Below are positions 28,815-38,745 of a stretch of DNA of 64,000 nucleotides, piece after piece. Each line of letters starts with the position of its first letter. Within the stretch, counting starts at the first letter, position 1. Both the position numbers and the translations under genes were made by a program. The notes under the pieces are model-generated. The model made no database searches, was not told where the DNA came from, and worked only from the letters and a program-made list of their open reading frames with translations. The stretch comes from Sumerlaeia bacterium (GTDB lineage: Bacteria; Sumerlaeota; Sumerlaeia; SLMS01; JAHLLQ01): assembly GCA_040219255.1 (NCBI GenBank), contig JAVJSW010000046.1:192209-256208 (forward strand), given 5' to 3'.

Positions 28815-30128
28815 TTAGGCGGAAAGACCGATGCGATCGAGGATGAGCGGCAGCGGGTCCGCCGGTTCCTCACCGAGGACGATCGCCTCGGCCAGCATCG
28901 TTCGGCAGGCCTCCAGACCTCGGCCGTCGCGGTGGACGATGGTGACCAGCGGGTCGCCCTGGGCGACGCGGTCGCCGACGTGGGCGTGGATTTCGAGCCC
29001 GACGCCGGGGTCTACTTCGTCGGTGGTTTTGATGCGGCCGGCACCGAGAGTGTTCGCCGCCACGCCAATCTGACGGGTGTTCATGGCGGAGACGACGCCA
29101 TCGCGAGGGGCGGTGAGGAGCTCGCGGCCGCTTGCCAGGGGCAGGAGCGAGGGGTCGTCGACGATGCTCGGGTCGCCGCCCTGGGCTTCGGTCCAGGCGA
29201 TGAATTTCTCCAGAGCGGCACCGCTGTCGAGCTTCCCGGCCAGGAGCTTGTAGGCCGCCTCCGGATCGGGGGCCAGACCGCCGAGGACCACCATCTCGGC
29301 ACCGAGACGCAGGGTGACTTCGCGCGAGTCGCCGGGGCCGGCGCCTTTGAGGATTTCGATGGTTTCCAGGACTTCCAGGCTGTTGCCCACCATGCGGCCG
29401 AGGGGCTGGCTCATTTGCGTGATCAGCGTGGCCATGTTGAGGCCCAGCGCGGTCCCGATGGCGACCAGGGACTCGGCGAGGGCGCGAGCCTGATCGAGGG
29501 TTGGCATGAAGGCGCCGCTGCCGCACTTGACATCCATCACGAGGCCTTCGGCTCCGGACGCGCTTTTCTTCGAGAGGATGGAGCCGCTGATGAGGGGGAT
29601 GCTCTCGACCGTGGCGGTGACGTCGCGCAGGGCGTAAAGGCGCTTGTCGGCGGGAACGAAGTCAGCGGTCTGGCCGACGATGGCGCAGCCGACCTTGCGC
29701 AGGACGGCTTTGAATTCGTCCTGACCCAGGTTCCAACGATAGCCGGGAATGCTGTCGAGTTTGTCGAGCGTCCCTCCGGTGTGGCCGAGGCCACGGCCGC
29801 TGACCATAGGATCGACGAGACCGGCGCTGGCGACGAGGGGGGCGAGGACGAGGGAGACTTTGTCGCCGACGCCGCCGGTGGAATGCTTGTCCACCTTGGG
29901 ACCTTCGATGTCGGAAAGGTCGTAGACGGTGCCGCTGTTGCGCATCACGCGGGTCAGGGCGGCGGCTTCCTCCGGCGCCATGCCGCGGAAGAAGACCGCC
30001 ATGAGGAAGGCGGAGATCTGGTATTCTTCGACTTCGTTGCGGACATAGCCGCCGATCAGGTCCTCGATCTGTTGAGGCGTCAGGCTGCCGCCTTCGCGTT
30101 TGATGCGGATGAGTTCGGGGACGTTCAT
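28815..30128 (-). CDS. pdp: pyrimidine-nucleoside/thymidine phosphorylase
   Basis: DKHSTGGVGDK, SGRGLGHTGGTLDKL, PADKRLYALRDVT, DVKCGSGAFM; true start at ATG 30128. Confidence 0.93.
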   Translation of the reverse strand: MNVPELIRIKREGGSLTPQQIEDLIGGYVRNEVEEYQISAFLMAVFFRGMAPEEAAALTRVMRNSGTVYDLSDIEGPKVDKHSTGGVGDKVSLVLAPLVASAGLVDPMVSGRGLGHTGGTLDKLDSIPGYRWNLGQDEFKAVLRKVGCAIVGQTADFVPADKRLYALRDVTATVESIPLISGSILSKKSASGAEGLVMDVKCGSGAFMPTLDQARALAESLVAIGTALGLNMATLITQMSQPLGRMVGNSLEVLETIEILKGAGPGDSREVTLRLGAEMVVLGGLAPDPEAAYKLLAGKLDSGAALEKFIAWTEAQGGDPSIVDDPSLLPLASGRELLTAPRDGVVSAMNTRQIGVAANTLGAGRIKTTDEVDPGVGLEIHAHVGDRVAQGDPLVTIVHRDGRGLEACRTMLAEAIVLGEEPADPLPLILDRIGLSA

Positions 30129-30317
30129 GGCGAGATGGCTCGGAGCGGAAGTGGGGGAGGGCGAGCGGAGGCGCACCCTTGCAAAACCCGCAGGGCACCA
30201 AAAGGGTGGCTCGGACGCAAGTCGGGTTTGCGCTATGCAAGTTGACACGCGGGAGTCCGCGAAACAATCTCTGTACATGAGTTTAATCTCTGAATAATGA
30301 GACATTGGAGATCCGCG

Positions 30318-32426
30318 ATGCGAATGCCACGAACTTTCCTGATGAGCCTTGCCCTGCTGGGCCTGATGGCCTTGGCCCATGCCAATTCCCCGGAGTTTTA
30401 CGAGAGCGATGGATCGCTCGGAAACTTGTTCCTGCCAGCCACCGAGGACGTGCTGATCGACACGGACGCCAACCCGCCAACGATGTTCTTGCAGGAGCGG
30501 CCCCCGGTGCGGGGGCGCGTGGCCGAGGGCGTCGCGGTGTTCGACTTCGTGCGGATCGACGTGTCGTCCTCGACGAAGATCCGGGTGACGGGCAAACGGC
30601 CCCTGTTGATCGCGGCGAGCACGGACATGTCGTGGCGTGCTGTGGTAAGCGTTTCCGGCGAAGAGACAGGCCGGGCCGGCGGCGCCATGGGCGGTAACGG
30701 CGGCACGGGAGCCGTGGGCAGCAGCGGCAGCACCGGGGGCGCCGGAGGCGTGGGCGAGGGGGGCGAAGGCGGAACGCGCGGCGCCCATACGGATGAAACG
30801 GCCGAGCCAGGCTCCCGGGGGAACGTGGGCGATGGGGAAAAAGCGGATGACGTGGCGGCTCCGGGCCAGACGGCGACGAGCGGCGAGGCGCCGGGGTTCG
30901 CTTTCGGCCAGGACAGCGTGCTGACGAACGGGGGCCAGGGCGGCAACGGAGGCTCGGCGGTGCTGGGCGTGGCCGGGGGCGCGGGCACGGGCGTGCCAGG
31001 CGCAGGCGGAGCGGAGGGACGCACGTCGACCCTGGGCAACAACGATGGCACGATGGGCGGAAACGGCCTCAACGGCGAGTCGGGCGGCCAGCCCGGTCCG
31101 GAAGGCAATCCCGGCAGTCCTGGACAGGTGGGCCGCAATGGTGACGATGGGGCCTTTCCGGTCGCCGCCGATCCGTTCCGCCTGATCGGTGGCGCGGCCG
31201 GTGCGGGCGGCGGCGGCGGCGGCGGCGGGGCCGGTGCGTCCGGCGGTGGGGGAGGCGGTTCCGGCGGCGGTGGCGGCGGAGGCGGAGGCGGCGGTGCGCG
31301 GCTGGTCTGCGAGACGTGCACCACGTTTGGCGGCCATGGCGGCGACGGTGGCGATTCGCACGGCGGCCAGGGGGGCCGGGGTGGCAACGGTGGCCGGGGC
31401 GGCAACGGTGGCGATGGGGGCAACGGCGGCGGCGTGATCGTGTTTTCGGCGAAGGGGCTGATGAACATGCGGGGCAACGCGATGATCGACATTTCGGCGA
31501 CCGCTCCGCAGGCCGGGGTGGAGGGCCAGCAAGGCACCACCGGCGAAATCGGCAGCGCCGGCTTCACCAGCCCCCCGAGCAACGGAACGAACCCGAGCCC
31601 GAACTCGAACTCTGGCTATCGCGGCGGCAATGGCGGCAGCGCGGGCCTCGGCGCGCGGGGTGGCACCGGTGGACGCGGCGGCCGAGGCGGCAACGGCGGA
31701 CGGGGGGGATTCGCGGCGCCGGGGATGATCGTACTGCACGGCGCGGTGATCGACTGTGGCGAAGGCCAGGTGGTCTGCAACAACCACCGGGATGCCACGG
31801 GCCCGGAAGCGGTCGGGCGGGTGGCCTTTATCTCGAACATGCGCCAGAACGCCGTTCGCCAGCCCATGTTCTCGGACAGCATTCTGAAGACCTTCAGCAG
31901 CAACACTCTGGTCTTGGTGGAGCCCTGGGCGTTGACGGCCGATTCGGAGACGACGCGTCCGGCGCCGATCCTGCCGACGATGGAAGGCGGTCCCTCGAGC
32001 GCCGGCCTCCTCCAACTGGGTGGCTGGACCGCGGTGGCTCCTTCGCTGGGCTGGGATGAAAACGTGGACGGCGTGCTGGAATTGTCTCAGGCGCCGAACG
32101 TGATGAACGACGCCACGCTGGTCTACCTGTTCAACCGGTCGATGGATCGCCGCGCCACAGGCATCCTGCTGATTGTGGGCAGCGACTCGTTCCAGCTGCC
32201 GGATCTGGACCCGGGCCGGACTTACGCCACCTCGGTCCTTCCGACGGATTCGGTTCGCATCGAGTATACCTTCGTCGGCGATCCCGCCTTCGCCATTCGC
32301 AATGGCGTTCCGGGCGGGGTGATCGAGGAAGGCTATGACTTCAACAGGGACGGGTTGCTGGATGCGGCGGACGTTCTGAGTTCACCGTCCAAGGCTGAGC
32401 GCGCCAGCTCGTTGATGGGACGTTGA
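30318..32426 (+). CDS. secreted glycine-rich (GGxGGx repeat) protein with C-terminal dockerin/EF-hand-like motif
   Basis: Signal peptide ending ALAHA, extensive GGxGGxGG tracts, C-terminal YDFNRDGLLDAADV; GGAG RBS. Confidence 0.75.
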   Translation: MRMPRTFLMSLALLGLMALAHANSPEFYESDGSLGNLFLPATEDVLIDTDANPPTMFLQERPPVRGRVAEGVAVFDFVRIDVSSSTKIRVTGKRPLLIAASTDMSWRAVVSVSGEETGRAGGAMGGNGGTGAVGSSGSTGGAGGVGEGGEGGTRGAHTDETAEPGSRGNVGDGEKADDVAAPGQTATSGEAPGFAFGQDSVLTNGGQGGNGGSAVLGVAGGAGTGVPGAGGAEGRTSTLGNNDGTMGGNGLNGESGGQPGPEGNPGSPGQVGRNGDDGAFPVAADPFRLIGGAAGAGGGGGGGGAGASGGGGGGSGGGGGGGGGGGARLVCETCTTFGGHGGDGGDSHGGQGGRGGNGGRGGNGGDGGNGGGVIVFSAKGLMNMRGNAMIDISATAPQAGVEGQQGTTGEIGSAGFTSPPSNGTNPSPNSNSGYRGGNGGSAGLGARGGTGGRGGRGGNGGRGGFAAPGMIVLHGAVIDCGEGQVVCNNHRDATGPEAVGRVAFISNMRQNAVRQPMFSDSILKTFSSNTLVLVEPWALTADSETTRPAPILPTMEGGPSSAGLLQLGGWTAVAPSLGWDENVDGVLELSQAPNVMNDATLVYLFNRSMDRRATGILLIVGSDSFQLPDLDPGRTYATSVLPTDSVRIEYTFVGDPAFAIRNGVPGGVIEEGYDFNRDGLLDAADVLSSPSKAERASSLMGR

Positions 32427-32493
32427 AAGGCCCCGGCGCATGAGCCGAGCCTTATGGGCCCTCGGTAACAGAGGTACTTTGAACGCCGCACAT

Positions 32494-35400
32494 CTAGCCC
32501 GCCCGGCGCCGGCGATGGCCATCGTAGTGATCCAGCTCGCCGAGCAGTTCGCCCACGCTGGCGAATCGCTCGGCGGGGTCTTTGAGGAGGCAGCGGCGCA
32601 CGATGGAGCGCAGCGTCTTGCTGACGTGATGGGGCAGCTCGGGGGCTTCCGTGTAGCGGTGGTGATAGGCGACGGAGCCCTTGGCGAAAGGCGGTTCGCC
32701 GCATAGCAGTTCGTAGAAGAGAACGCCGAGGGAGTAGATGTCGGAGGCGATGGTGGTGGGGCGGCCGTCGAACTGCTCCGGGCTCATGTAGATCGGGGTG
32801 CCCGCGTGGGGCCGGCCGGCGGTACTGTCGAGGTCCGAGGCCACGATGTGGTTTGATCGGTCGATGATCGCGGAGATGCCGAAGTCCGAGAGTTTGACGC
32901 GCCCCATGGCGGCCGGATCCTTGGAGGCGAGGAGGATATTGCCGGGCTTGACGTCGAGGTGGAGGATGCCTTCGCCGTGGGCGTGGGAGAGGGCGCGGGA
33001 GACCTGGCGGACGATGTCGACGGCGACTTCTTCGGGCAGGAGGCGGCCGGGGACTTTCGAAAGGCGCCGCATCAGATCGCCGCCTTGCAGGAACTCCATG
33101 GAAATGTGGGGCTGGCCGGCGTCCCAGCCGATGTCGTGGATCCGCACGATGTTGGGGTGCGAGAGACGGCGCGCGGAGCGGGCTTCGCAGCGGAAGCGTT
33201 CGAGGGCGTCGGGGTCCTCCAGGGCTTGTTCGCTGAGAAGTTTGAGGACCACGATTTCATCGAGTTCGTGATCCTGGGCGAGATAGACTTCGCCCATGGC
33301 GCCCCGGCCGATCAAGCGGCGCAGCTCGTATCGGGTGCGCGTCTGGGGAGTCAGAATGATGTTCGAATCGGTGGTCGGTTCGAGGGGGATGTTGGTGTCG
33401 CTCTCGTCTTCGAGAGCCTTGCCGCGATAGATGTCGCGCAGGCGGCGCAGGAGCGGGGTGTGCTCCTTGGTGATGGAAATGAGCGAGGTGAGGGTTTCGG
33501 CGGCTTCGCCGTAGCGATGGTTTTCGGCGTAGGTTTCCGCCAGCTTCTGCAGGAGATCGCACTTCCGTTCGGAGTCTTCGAGTTCATCCAGGACGGCGCG
33601 CATTTCGTCGGCGCGGTTGCTGTTGAGATAAATCTGGGCGAGCATGAGGCGGGCCTCGGAGTGATCGTGGTCGGCGACCAGAAGCCCGCGCAGGGGTGCG
33701 ATGGCCCGTTCCTCGTGCCCCGCTTCCAGGTAAAGTTTGGCCAGGCGGAAAAGACGTGTGATCCATTGCGGTTCCGTGTCAGGATCGTTGACCTCCTGGA
33801 TCCAGGCTTCCAGGGCGGTGACGAGAGACTTGGTGGCTTCCGGCGTGGGTTTCTTGCGCAGGCTCTCCTCCAGGTCCGGGATGCCTTTGCCCGGGTAGCG
33901 GGCGGCGACCCAGAAGCGGCCCCGTTCCGCGATCGCCCAGGGATCGTCCTCCATGTGGGTCAGGACGCCATCGTAGATTTCCGACATGGCGGAGCAGTGG
34001 GCGGGAGCCCAGGTGCGCAGGCGCGAGAGGGCTTCGAGGGCCTCGTGATGGCAGCCGGTAATCATGCAGGCCTTGGCGAAGAGCAGGCCAAGGCGCGGAT
34101 GAGAGAGGGCGAGGAGGGCGTCTTCCTCCAGGATTTCGAGGACGGCGCGGGCGGTGGCTTTCGGCGGCTTGTCCGTCAGTAAGGGGGCGAGGGCGTCGGC
34201 GGCCTTGTCGAGTTGATGGGCGCGCAGACAGGCGGCGGCGCAGTGGATCGCAAGTTCCGGGTCGTCTGGCTCCGCTTCGTTGGCGGCGATCGCCACGTCG
34301 AGGGCCGTTTCCTCGCGCCGGCCCATCTTCTGGTGCAGGCGCGCCAAGGCCAGAGTGGCTTCTTTGCCGAAGGAGTCGCTGGAGCGAAGGCGCCGCAGCA
34401 CCAGCGCCGCCCGGGTGAAATCGCCCAGTTCCTCCAGGCATTGGGCGAACCCGAAGGCGAGTTCATCGTTGTTCGGCTCGGCGGCGCAGAGGTCCTCGAA
34501 GAGTTGGGCGTCTTCTTTCTGAATGGCGCCGGATCGCAGCAGCAGTTGAGCCAGCACGGCGCGGCCCGGTTCCGGCAGGCCGACTTCCTTGTGCCGCACG
34601 CCGAGCGCGAGGGACCGGATCAGGTCGCCGCCGGCGATGCGCTTGCCCCGCGAGCAGACCAGCACTTCTTCGAGAAGGCGCAGGCCCTGCACCGGTTTGC
34701 CCTGGCGCAGGAACGCTACGCCGGTGCGGATCGCGTTCATCACATGGCCGTTCTTGACCTGGGCCAGGGCGATTTCCACATCGACGCGCTCGTCATCCGG
34801 GGCACAGACGCGCAGTCGCTCGAGAACCATGGCGCGCTGCGGATGGTTGCGGCTGAAGAGAACGAGTTCTCCAACGATGCGGGCGAGGAGATCGGGCTCG
34901 ATTTTGGGCGAAAGGGCGGCTTCGACGAAAAGGGCTTCGTCGGCCTTCTCGATGGTGATTTCCCCGGCGATCACGGCCTGCAACCAGCGGCGCAGCACGC
35001 GGTCACGCTCGGCGGCGGTGATGCCGTTGCCGTTGCGGCGGGCCGAGTCGGCGTGAAGGATGGCCCGGTAGAGTTGGCTGGCTTCGTTCAGGCGCTCCAT
35101 CTTCTGAAGACAATCGGCCCACTGGAGGCGCAGCCGCAGGTCGTCCTGCTTGGCCTTACAGGTGTTGGCGAGAAGGCGCTCGGTGCGTTCGTCCGCCATG
35201 CCGAGGCGCCAGCGCAGGCGGCCGGCCATTTCGCGGAGCGGCAGCGCGTCGGGCTGCTTGACCATGGCGCCATCGAGGATCGAAACGGCGGTCTTGGCGG
35301 CGAGGTCGGAGGATTGCTCGAACTCGCGAAGCGCCTTGATCTGGGGCGGGCGGAAGTCGAGGGACAGGGCCTCCACGGCGATCGCCTGCGCTTCCAGGTC

Positions 35401-36870
35401 GCGGGGAGAGACGCGCAGCAGGATCAGCGCGTTCTCCAGGGCGGCGGCTCCGTCCTGAGACGCGATCGCCCCCCGGCCGAGGCCGAGGCGGGCCCACGCA
35501 CAGCCGGGCAGAACGCGCAGAATGCGCTGAAAGCGCGCCTGCGATTCCGGATCCGTGGCGCGTTCGCGGAAAAGGTACTGGGCCAGGTTGTGGAGAAGTC
35601 CCTCCGAATCGTCGCCCAGGTCCTGGGCTTTGGCGTAAAGCTCGGCCGACTTGCGATCGCACAGGCCCTTGTCGGCGTAAGCTTTGGCCAGCGCCAGCAC
35701 CACATCCTTGCCGCCTTCGCCTTGGTTGTGGGCTTCCTCCAAAGTCGGCAGCGACGAATCCCAATCGCCGCCGGTGGAGACATGGGAGCGCGCCAGGCGG
35801 CGCAGATACTCGCCGCGGCGGGGGCTTTCCTTCGGGGCGCTGCGATAGGCTTCCAGGGCCTTCGACGAATTGGCGTCTCGGTCTGCGTACCACGCGGCCA
35901 CGGCCTCCGCCGCCAGAGCCCAGACCGTCGTTTGGTCCTGCGCGCGGCCATCGGCGAGCCACTTTTCCAGCAGGCGGATGTCGCGCTCGTCGCGCGGGCC
36001 GCGGTCCAGGATGAGCTTCAGCATTCGAAGCTCGGTCATTTCGTCGTCCGGCTCGAACTCGAGAACGCGCCAGAGGAACTCGATTCCTTCGGCGCGATGC
36101 GTTTCCATATCGAGGAGGCGGTCGGCGGCGAACCGCAGAAGCTCCGGATCGTCAGGCGTTTCCATCAGCGCCTTGAGGCAAAGCTCGAGGGTTCGCTCCT
36201 CGTCCGGTTCGAGGGCGATCTGGTTTTTCGCCAGAGCGACGATCAGCTCTTCGCGTTCGGGGAAGTGCTGGAGCGCCAGCGAGAGGATCTGAAACACCCC
36301 GCGCCCCTTTGTGCGCTGGGACAGGATCACCTCGGTGCATTGATCCAGGAGGTTGTAAAAGAAGGTGCGGGCGGTGGCGGAGGAATCTTCGTCGGGCCAG
36401 CGCGATTCCTCGAGCGACGGAAAGAAGCGGCCGAGGGTGAGAACGCAGCGGAAGACCGGCTTGAGTTCCGAGGATCGGGTCGAACCGTTGGTCTGGCGGT
36501 TGTGCTCCTGCAAGACAAGCTTCCAGAGCGGCAGATCGATCGCTCGGCGGATCGCTTCTTCCTCGAGGAAGTGGAAGTCGGCCGGCTGGGCGCGACCGTA
36601 CATCAGGATGCGGTCGACGAAGGCGGCGCAAAAGGGTTCGTGATCGGGGAAGCTGGAAACGGCGCGGCGCCAGAACTCGGACTCTTCGATGCCGAGTCCG
36701 CGGCAGACTTCGAGGACTTCGAGAAGCCATTCTTCCCAGTCCAGAGCGCCCTCGTCGCGGCAGGCACGAGCGTCCTCACACACGCGGTCCAGGGCGGGGC
36801 CGAGCGTCTTGGGATCGTCAAGCTCTCGGAGGAGCTTCTTGTTGATCTGGCGTTTTCGCGAGCTAGCCAC
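32494..36870 (-). CDS. large TPR/helical-repeat protein with C-terminal Ser/Thr kinase
   Basis: IGRGAMGEVY, VLK, HPNIV, HLDVKPGN, DFG, GTPIYMSPE, SDIYSLG; about 1200 aa of TPR-like helices precede the kinase; GTG start is inferred. Confidence 0.85.
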   Translation of the reverse strand: MASSRKRQINKKLLRELDDPKTLGPALDRVCEDARACRDEGALDWEEWLLEVLEVCRGLGIEESEFWRRAVSSFPDHEPFCAAFVDRILMYGRAQPADFHFLEEEAIRRAIDLPLWKLVLQEHNRQTNGSTRSSELKPVFRCVLTLGRFFPSLEESRWPDEDSSATARTFFYNLLDQCTEVILSQRTKGRGVFQILSLALQHFPEREELIVALAKNQIALEPDEERTLELCLKALMETPDDPELLRFAADRLLDMETHRAEGIEFLWRVLEFEPDDEMTELRMLKLILDRGPRDERDIRLLEKWLADGRAQDQTTVWALAAEAVAAWYADRDANSSKALEAYRSAPKESPRRGEYLRRLARSHVSTGGDWDSSLPTLEEAHNQGEGGKDVVLALAKAYADKGLCDRKSAELYAKAQDLGDDSEGLLHNLAQYLFRERATDPESQARFQRILRVLPGCAWARLGLGRGAIASQDGAAALENALILLRVSPRDLEAQAIAVEALSLDFRPPQIKALREFEQSSDLAAKTAVSILDGAMVKQPDALPLREMAGRLRWRLGMADERTERLLANTCKAKQDDLRLRLQWADCLQKMERLNEASQLYRAILHADSARRNGNGITAAERDRVLRRWLQAVIAGEITIEKADEALFVEAALSPKIEPDLLARIVGELVLFSRNHPQRAMVLERLRVCAPDDERVDVEIALAQVKNGHVMNAIRTGVAFLRQGKPVQGLRLLEEVLVCSRGKRIAGGDLIRSLALGVRHKEVGLPEPGRAVLAQLLLRSGAIQKEDAQLFEDLCAAEPNNDELAFGFAQCLEELGDFTRAALVLRRLRSSDSFGKEATLALARLHQKMGRREETALDVAIAANEAEPDDPELAIHCAAACLRAHQLDKAADALAPLLTDKPPKATARAVLEILEEDALLALSHPRLGLLFAKACMITGCHHEALEALSRLRTWAPAHCSAMSEIYDGVLTHMEDDPWAIAERGRFWVAARYPGKGIPDLEESLRKKPTPEATKSLVTALEAWIQEVNDPDTEPQWITRLFRLAKLYLEAGHEERAIAPLRGLLVADHDHSEARLMLAQIYLNSNRADEMRAVLDELEDSERKCDLLQKLAETYAENHRYGEAAETLTSLISITKEHTPLLRRLRDIYRGKALEDESDTNIPLEPTTDSNIILTPQTRTRYELRRLIGRGAMGEVYLAQDHELDEIVVLKLLSEQALEDPDALERFRCEARSARRLSHPNIVRIHDIGWDAGQPHISMEFLQGGDLMRRLSKVPGRLLPEEVAVDIVRQVSRALSHAHGEGILHLDVKPGNILLASKDPAAMGRVKLSDFGISAIIDRSNHIVASDLDSTAGRPHAGTPIYMSPEQFDGRPTTIASDIYSLGVLFYELLCGEPPFAKGSVAYHHRYTEAPELPHHVSKTLRSIVRRCLLKDPAERFASVGELLGELDHYDGHRRRRAG

Positions 36871-37029
36871 GCGTAAACCCTTTTCCCATCGGCAACTCAA
36901 ACAGGAGTGTTTGTGAGCAATGAGTACGAAAAGTGTGGGCGGAGTGTCAAGTGGGCGGTGAGACGAAAGTTTCGCATGCAACAATTTGCCTCGAAATGAA
37001 TAGCTCCCCTTCGGCTGGCACCCAAGACT

Positions 37030-37992
37030 CTACATGAAGGCTTGAGAGAAGCGCACTTCCGTTTGCTTCCGTGCCGTTTCCAGGAGTTCCGAGCGGCGTT
37101 TGCGGTAGGCTTCGGTGAAGGCGCGCCGGGCAGGCGTGTCATACGCTTGCAAGCGCACAATGACCCATCCGCCGGCGACCTCGATCGGCCGCGACACCTC
37201 CCCTGGCTTCATTTCGCGCAGGGCCGAACGCACCGCCGGAGCCAGGTCGGAGGCATCAAACCATCCCGAGGCGCCGCCAGTGTCGCGAGCCGGGGGATCG
37301 TCTGAGAAAACCCGGGCGGCGACGGGAAATTCCATACCCCGTGAGATCTCATAGCGCGCCTGCGCGGCCCGCTCGCGAGCCGAAACGCCCCGGTCTTCGT
37401 CCGCCGATTCGAGAAACAGAATCTGACCCAGACCGTAGCGGTCCGCCTCGGAAGGATTGTCCTGGCCAAAGAGAGCCGGGTCCATGCCCTCCATCAGGCG
37501 GCCGCGAATCAGCCATTGGCGCCCGGCGCGGTCCTCCAGGAAGCGGCGCGCCTCGTCCGCCAGCAGGTCGCTGCGGCGCAAGGCCTCGCCCAGAGCCACC
37601 GCCGATCCCGCAGCTTCGGTCCATTCGGTCCATTCGGCCTGCACCGCGGCCACCATTTCCTCGTCCGGGACCTCGGCGCCGGGGCGCCAGAAGTGGCGAT
37701 AGAGCAGGTGCTCCTCGACCAGGCGGGGGAGCAGTTCGCGCCGGAGCCGGTCGATATCCACCTGCCAGAGTTCGGACTGTTTGAGGCGCTGCTCGAACAC
37801 CAGGAAATCCACATCCCGCAGGGTAATCAAGGATTCGCCCACGAACGCCACGGCCCGATCGAGGGAAGCGGCGGCGGGGCGGTCCTGGGCGGGGGCGGGA
37901 ACCGCATGCAAGAAAAGAGCCGCGGACAGCACGAGAGCTATCCGCGGCCAAAGGCGGTTGAATTGCGGGAAGAACGAGGGGGCGATCTTCAA
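37030..37992 (-). CDS. SurA/PpiC-type peptidyl-prolyl isomerase, exported
   Basis: Signal peptide, LDRAVAFVGESLIT (SurA N-terminal-like), parvulin FSDD...GGASGW...PGEVSRPI. Confidence 0.75.
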   Translation of the reverse strand: MKIAPSFFPQFNRLWPRIALVLSAALFLHAVPAPAQDRPAAASLDRAVAFVGESLITLRDVDFLVFEQRLKQSELWQVDIDRLRRELLPRLVEEHLLYRHFWRPGAEVPDEEMVAAVQAEWTEWTEAAGSAVALGEALRRSDLLADEARRFLEDRAGRQWLIRGRLMEGMDPALFGQDNPSEADRYGLGQILFLESADEDRGVSARERAAQARYEISRGMEFPVAARVFSDDPPARDTGGASGWFDASDLAPAVRSALREMKPGEVSRPIEVAGGWVIVRLQAYDTPARRAFTEAYRKRRSELLETARKQTEVRFSQAFM

Positions 37993-38011
37993 GAGGGAAG
38001 CGAGGGTGCGA

Positions 38012-38338
38012 TCAGCCGGCGGCCGAAACGTCGTCGAAGTGGCCGCAGACGTAAACGTCCTGGCCGGGGAGGAGGTTCATGGGACCGTTGTGGTACTTGC
38101 GGACAAACTCGGCGACGGCTTCGTCGTTTTCCCAGGCCATCGTCACAAAAAACGTCCGTTCCGGGTCCTCGATCACAAAGCCCTCGATGGCTTCGTCGGC
38201 GCAGTCTTCGGGGCTGAAGTAGCTGGCCCAGATGTGCCCCGGCGACTTGCGCGCGGCGGCGATCCACTTATCCAGGGTGCGGCGGGCCGCTTCCGCTTGA
38301 CCGTGCTTGACAACGGTCTTGATTACCTCGACGTACAT
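38012..38338 (-). CDS. small ABM/dimeric alpha-beta barrel-like protein
   Basis: Beta-alpha-beta pattern (VKHGQAEA...SPGHI...FFVTMAWENDEAV); GAGG RBS. Confidence 0.55.
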   Translation of the reverse strand: MYVEVIKTVVKHGQAEAARRTLDKWIAAARKSPGHIWASYFSPEDCADEAIEGFVIEDPERTFFVTMAWENDEAVAEFVRKYHNGPMNLLPGQDVYVCGHFDDVSAAG

Positions 38339-38573
38339 GCGTGACCTCTTCTCTGGTATTCCGAACTGACGGTGGCGCGGTTGGGAGCGATTCCCTCTGT
38401 GCCTGAGCTTGCGGCGGGGGGTCTCCGAGAGAGCCCTCGGCCAACAAGGGGGGCTTCCCTACGCGAGTCCGGCGCCGGAAATCAATCCTTTCCCGCACGA
38501 TGACCCGAGAATTCTCTTGCCAAGGGCCCCGCACGTCCCCACATTGCTGTCCCTTCCCGCGGGAAGATGGCGT

Positions 38574-38660
38574 GCCGAAGTGGCGGAATGGCAGACGCGA
38601 CGGACTCAAAATCCGTTTGGGTTACCCCCAGTGAGGGTTCGAGTCCCTCCTTCGGCACCA
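38574..38660 (+). tRNA. trnL: tRNA-Leu (CAA)
   Basis: GCCGAAG/CTTCGGC acceptor, anticodon loop CTCAAAA, long variable arm, CCA end. Confidence 0.96.
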
Positions 38661-38745
38661 TTTACGGTTTTGCAAGACTTACAGATGAGCAACCAAGTCT
38701 CTGCTACCTGTTGAACTGGCGGTTGCGCGGATACTTAGAGGGCCG

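Noticed and set aside
30129-32015. N-terminal 629-aa extension of the pdp ORF and a Pro-rich antisense ORF
   Set aside because: Both are antisense shadows of the Gly-rich gene; pdp homology starts at MNVPELIRIKR (30128).
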